64,000 nucleotides of DNA from Candidatus Bathyarchaeota archaeon (GTDB taxonomy: Archaea > Thermoproteota > Bathyarchaeia > 40CM-2-53-6): assembly GCA_963726255.1 (NCBI GenBank), contig CAVSBL010000002.1:1408001-1472000 (forward strand). Reading direction: 5' to 3'. A program made the position numbers and the translations under genes. Shown here piece by piece: positions 61,273-64,000 of this stretch. How positions within the stretch are numbered: the first letter of the stretch is position 1; every line of letters begins with the position of its first letter. Below the pieces are notes generated by a model. That model was not told the DNA's origin, did not search any database, and was given only the letters and a program-made list of their open reading frames with translations.

Positions 61273-61341
61273 CTCTTAACGCCTCACGAATTCAGCGGAG
61301 TTTTCCGCTCTAAATCTGCATAAATATCTGCCTCGTGGGCT

Positions 61342-62154
61342 TCATGAGCGGTTTTGGCGCTCGCCTGATGCTATCGAACCTTTTCCGGAATAAGGGCGCC
61401 TTGGCAAAGCGAACTCTGTTCTTATTAGCTCAAGTAACCTTGAGACTGCGATTCGAGTCATCTGTTCACCTTGCTGCGCATTCACCTTCTTGATTTTGGT
61501 TAGAACGCCCGTCTTCGGAATCAGATCCTTGGTCGGAGGGAGAACAACGTACGGAGGATACCGTTCTGCTGAATCTCCTCTGATCCTGTCCTTCTTTACC
61601 AGTTTCGGCCTCAAGTACAACATCATAGCAGTTTCCATGTTGGCTGCGTGTTCCAAGGCTACACCCTCAAAGCCGGGGAAGATTTTGTCGTATTCCTCAG
61701 GTTTTATGAGTTCAAACCACCGGGCGACTACGACCTTTACGTTTGCGGGTCGACCGCTGTCCCTTAATGCGAGGTCGACGCCTTCGTTGAGAAACATGCT
61801 GTTTTCATAATGCCCGTCAAGAATAATGATCTTCTGCACTCCGTGCCGAATCACGTCTCTTAGGAAATCCCGCACAAGTGCCGTTAGGGTTGCTCCGTCC
61901 AAACTGCATGTTCCAGGAAAGTCGGGTCCACCTGAACTTCCGGGTTGAGGTTTGTATCCCAATGCCATCTGCGGGGCTACTACCACATCCGACTTCTCAG
62001 CCAATTTCAATGCAATTTCATAGGGTATGATAGCGTCAACGCCCAAGGGGAGGTGTGGCCCATGCTGCTCGGTTGAGCCGACGGGCACTACTATGACGCC
62101 GTTTCTCTTTACGAATGCATCGAAATCCTTCCATGTGATTTCCTGCATGTTCAA
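61342..62154 (-). CDS. Creatininase/creatinine amidohydrolase family
   Basis: GSTEQHGPHLPLGVD, GHYEN, EHAANMET. Confidence 0.9.
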   Translation of the reverse strand: MNMQEITWKDFDAFVKRNGVIVVPVGSTEQHGPHLPLGVDAIIPYEIALKLAEKSDVVVAPQMALGYKPQPGSSGGPDFPGTCSLDGATLTALVRDFLRDVIRHGVQKIIILDGHYENSMFLNEGVDLALRDSGRPANVKVVVARWFELIKPEEYDKIFPGFEGVALEHAANMETAMMLYLRPKLVKKDRIRGDSAERYPPYVVLPPTKDLIPKTGVLTKIKKVNAQQGEQMTRIAVSRLLELIRTEFALPRRPYSGKGSIASGERQNRS

Positions 62155-62170
62155 TTCGAATCACATTCGA

Positions 62171-63190
62171 TTAGCTGTGGTTTGATTTGAAGTATGGGAT
62201 TACGTGTTTTGCGTACATGTCGATATACTTGTACTCGTCTTGGCTCCAGTTACAGGTGTGGATCTCTTGGAATCCCTCCTTCACGTACCGTTCCAGCCGT
62301 CGTATGTGCTCGTCCGGATCAGAGGAGATTATCCAAACCTTCGCTAGTTGCTTCTCATCAAGCCAAACTGATGTGGCCTCAACCTCCCTAGGGTCAGAGA
62401 CAGGGTACTTGTAGAAGACAGGCATCATTATTGTTCCCCACCGTTTGCATGCTTGAAGAGCCTTGTCGTAGTCTTCATCGTAGGCAACGTTCACTTCAAG
62501 TATCTTCGTTACTTTATCGGGGTCCCTTCCAACACTTTTGGCGCCCTTAACCACCGCAGGGAATAGGATCCGTTTGTAGAAGGAGACATCTGTATTCTCC
62601 ATGGTAAGGAACCCATCGCCATATTTGCCTGCAATCTCCGCGTTGATTGGTCCGTTTGCAGCGACGTACAGCGGAATCGGTTTGTCGGGTTTGGTGTACA
62701 GGTTTGCGTTTCTGAGTCGATAGTACTTGCCCTTGAAGGTGACGAAGTCTCTTGTCCATAAGGCTCGGATTATTCTGATGGCTTCCTCGTAGCGTTCGGA
62801 CCGTTCTCTGAAGTTCGGCCATTCATACCCTAGCGGCACTTCGTTCATTGCTTCGCCGGCCCCGACCGCCAAGAAAATTCGGTTAGGGTACATTACTCCT
62901 AGAGTCGCGTATGCTTGAGCAACCAAGGCGGGGTGGTATCGGAGGATCGGAGCGGTGACAGCGGGGCCTATTGGAATGGTCTTAACGTGTTCTGCGCAAG
63001 CTGCAATCCAAGACCATGTAAAACCGCAACCTGCGTCCGTATGAACCCACGGATGAAAATGGTCGGTCACCCAAACGGCTCCGAAACCGTTCTTTTCGGC
63101 GTAGACGGCTTGGTCGATCAGTTCGTGAGGGTTTCGTACCTTTTCCAACTCGACGAAGTATCCAATTCTCAATGTTCCTGAGCCCTGCAT
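62171..63190 (-). CDS. F420-dependent LLM-class oxidoreductase (G6PDH-F420-like)
   Basis: DHFHPW, RYHPALVAQAYATL, GAGEAMNE, FKGKYY. Confidence 0.85.
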   Translation of the reverse strand: MQGSGTLRIGYFVELEKVRNPHELIDQAVYAEKNGFGAVWVTDHFHPWVHTDAGCGFTWSWIAACAEHVKTIPIGPAVTAPILRYHPALVAQAYATLGVMYPNRIFLAVGAGEAMNEVPLGYEWPNFRERSERYEEAIRIIRALWTRDFVTFKGKYYRLRNANLYTKPDKPIPLYVAANGPINAEIAGKYGDGFLTMENTDVSFYKRILFPAVVKGAKSVGRDPDKVTKILEVNVAYDEDYDKALQACKRWGTIMMPVFYKYPVSDPREVEATSVWLDEKQLAKVWIISSDPDEHIRRLERYVKEGFQEIHTCNWSQDEYKYIDMYAKHVIPYFKSNHS

Positions 63191-63300
63191 AGTACGTAGT
63201 AGATGTCCGTTTTAGACTATGCCACTTACAGTGTATGCAGTTAACCAACACGGCAAATCTTTTAACGCGTTCAACCGCACTACGCGATTAGGTCTTTCGC

Positions 63301-64000
63301 TTGGAAACTCCGTCGAAAGTCTTCCTAAGAAAGGCATCTGGCCTTGTACGAGAAATATCGTTTACGGACGTTCTGTTGTACAATATCGCACAGATAAGCA
63401 TCGGTATCGGCATCGCGTACATTGTGCTCTTTGTTCCGTCCTTCTACCCTGGCAGCAGCATGGAACTATCAATAATCATAACCACAATTGGATGCATGTT
63501 TTTCGCGCTGGTCTATTCCCTGTTCTCGGTGACAATGCCGCGTTCTGGTGGGGACTATGTGTTCGTCACTAGAACACTGCATCCGGCAATCGGTTTCGCA
63601 ATGAACTGGAACTTCGCCTTATGGGAAATATTCTACGTCGGATGGTCCGCGGGTCTCTTCGGCTTCTTGGGACTATCTACCTTCTTCGCCATACTCGGAT
63701 CGATCACAGGGAACCCACAGATGGCGACCTATGCCCAGGCGGTCAGTACTCCGAATGGGTATGTCCTCCTAGGAACTGTGGTCCTTATCTTGTTCACATT
63801 GCTCCTGATCTTCGGAGTCAGATCGTACTTCAAGTTCCAGACGGCGAGTTTCATAATCGCTTTTGTTGGCAGTCTGCTTACAATAGTTGTCCTTGCAGCT
63901 ACAAACCCTGCTTCGTTCATAACTGCGTTCAACCACTACGCTTCTGCGCTGGGCGTGGCATCACCCGACGCATATCACGACATTATCAACGAAGCGGTCA
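63301..64000 (+). CDS. APC-family amino acid permease, runs off window end
   Basis: Manual translation METPSKVFLRKASGLVREISFTD...AMPRSGGDYVFVTR..HPAIGF. Confidence 0.85.
   Translation, partial: METPSKVFLRKASGLVREISFTDVLLYNIAQISIGIGIAYIVLFVPSFYPGSSMELSIIITTIGCMFFALVYSLFSVTMPRSGGDYVFVTRTLHPAIGFAMNWNFALWEIFYVGWSAGLFGFLGLSTFFAILGSITGNPQMATYAQAVSTPNGYVLLGTVVLILFTLLLIFGVRSYFKFQTASFIIAFVGSLLTIVVLAATNPASFITAFNHYASALGVASPDAYHDIINEAV

Overview
Archaeal chromosome segment, probably TACK and Bathyarchaeia-like. The evidence is unsplit rpoB, a single-chain RpoA (A'+A'' in one ORF), rpl30e, KH-only NusA, many TTG/GTG starts and zinc-ribbon membrane proteins. The standout signal is six tRNA genes, all with encoded CCA, carrying 17 short introns (16 clear, one ambiguous), most in bulge-helix-bulge (BHB)-type motifs. 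tRNA-Lys(UUU) and tRNA-Tyr(GUA) each have four introns and exons as short as 6-7 nt. tRNA-Asp(GUC) has an intron in the 3' acceptor-stem strand (68/69), and tRNA-Leu(UAA) has an insertion in the variable-arm loop. A non-catalytic tRNA-splicing endonuclease subunit lies among these genes. Two unusual metabolic clusters are present: (i) an enolase paralogue with a remodelled active site plus a LarA-type epimerase and glycerate 2-kinase, next to a class III aminotransferase and MMSDH; (ii) an IDH-like enzyme, LeuCD-type hydratase, HD hydrolase, non-canonical ATP-citrate-lyase-like pair and PrpD. Also found: small unannotated proteins (C2H2 finger, Zn ribbon, a paralogous membrane-peptide pair), apparent CTG/ACG starts, several single-base frameshifts (likely sequencing errors) and an acyl-CoA synthetase pseudogene. 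No CRISPR array, rRNA, integrase or transposase was seen. All calls come from reading by eye; no searches were run.
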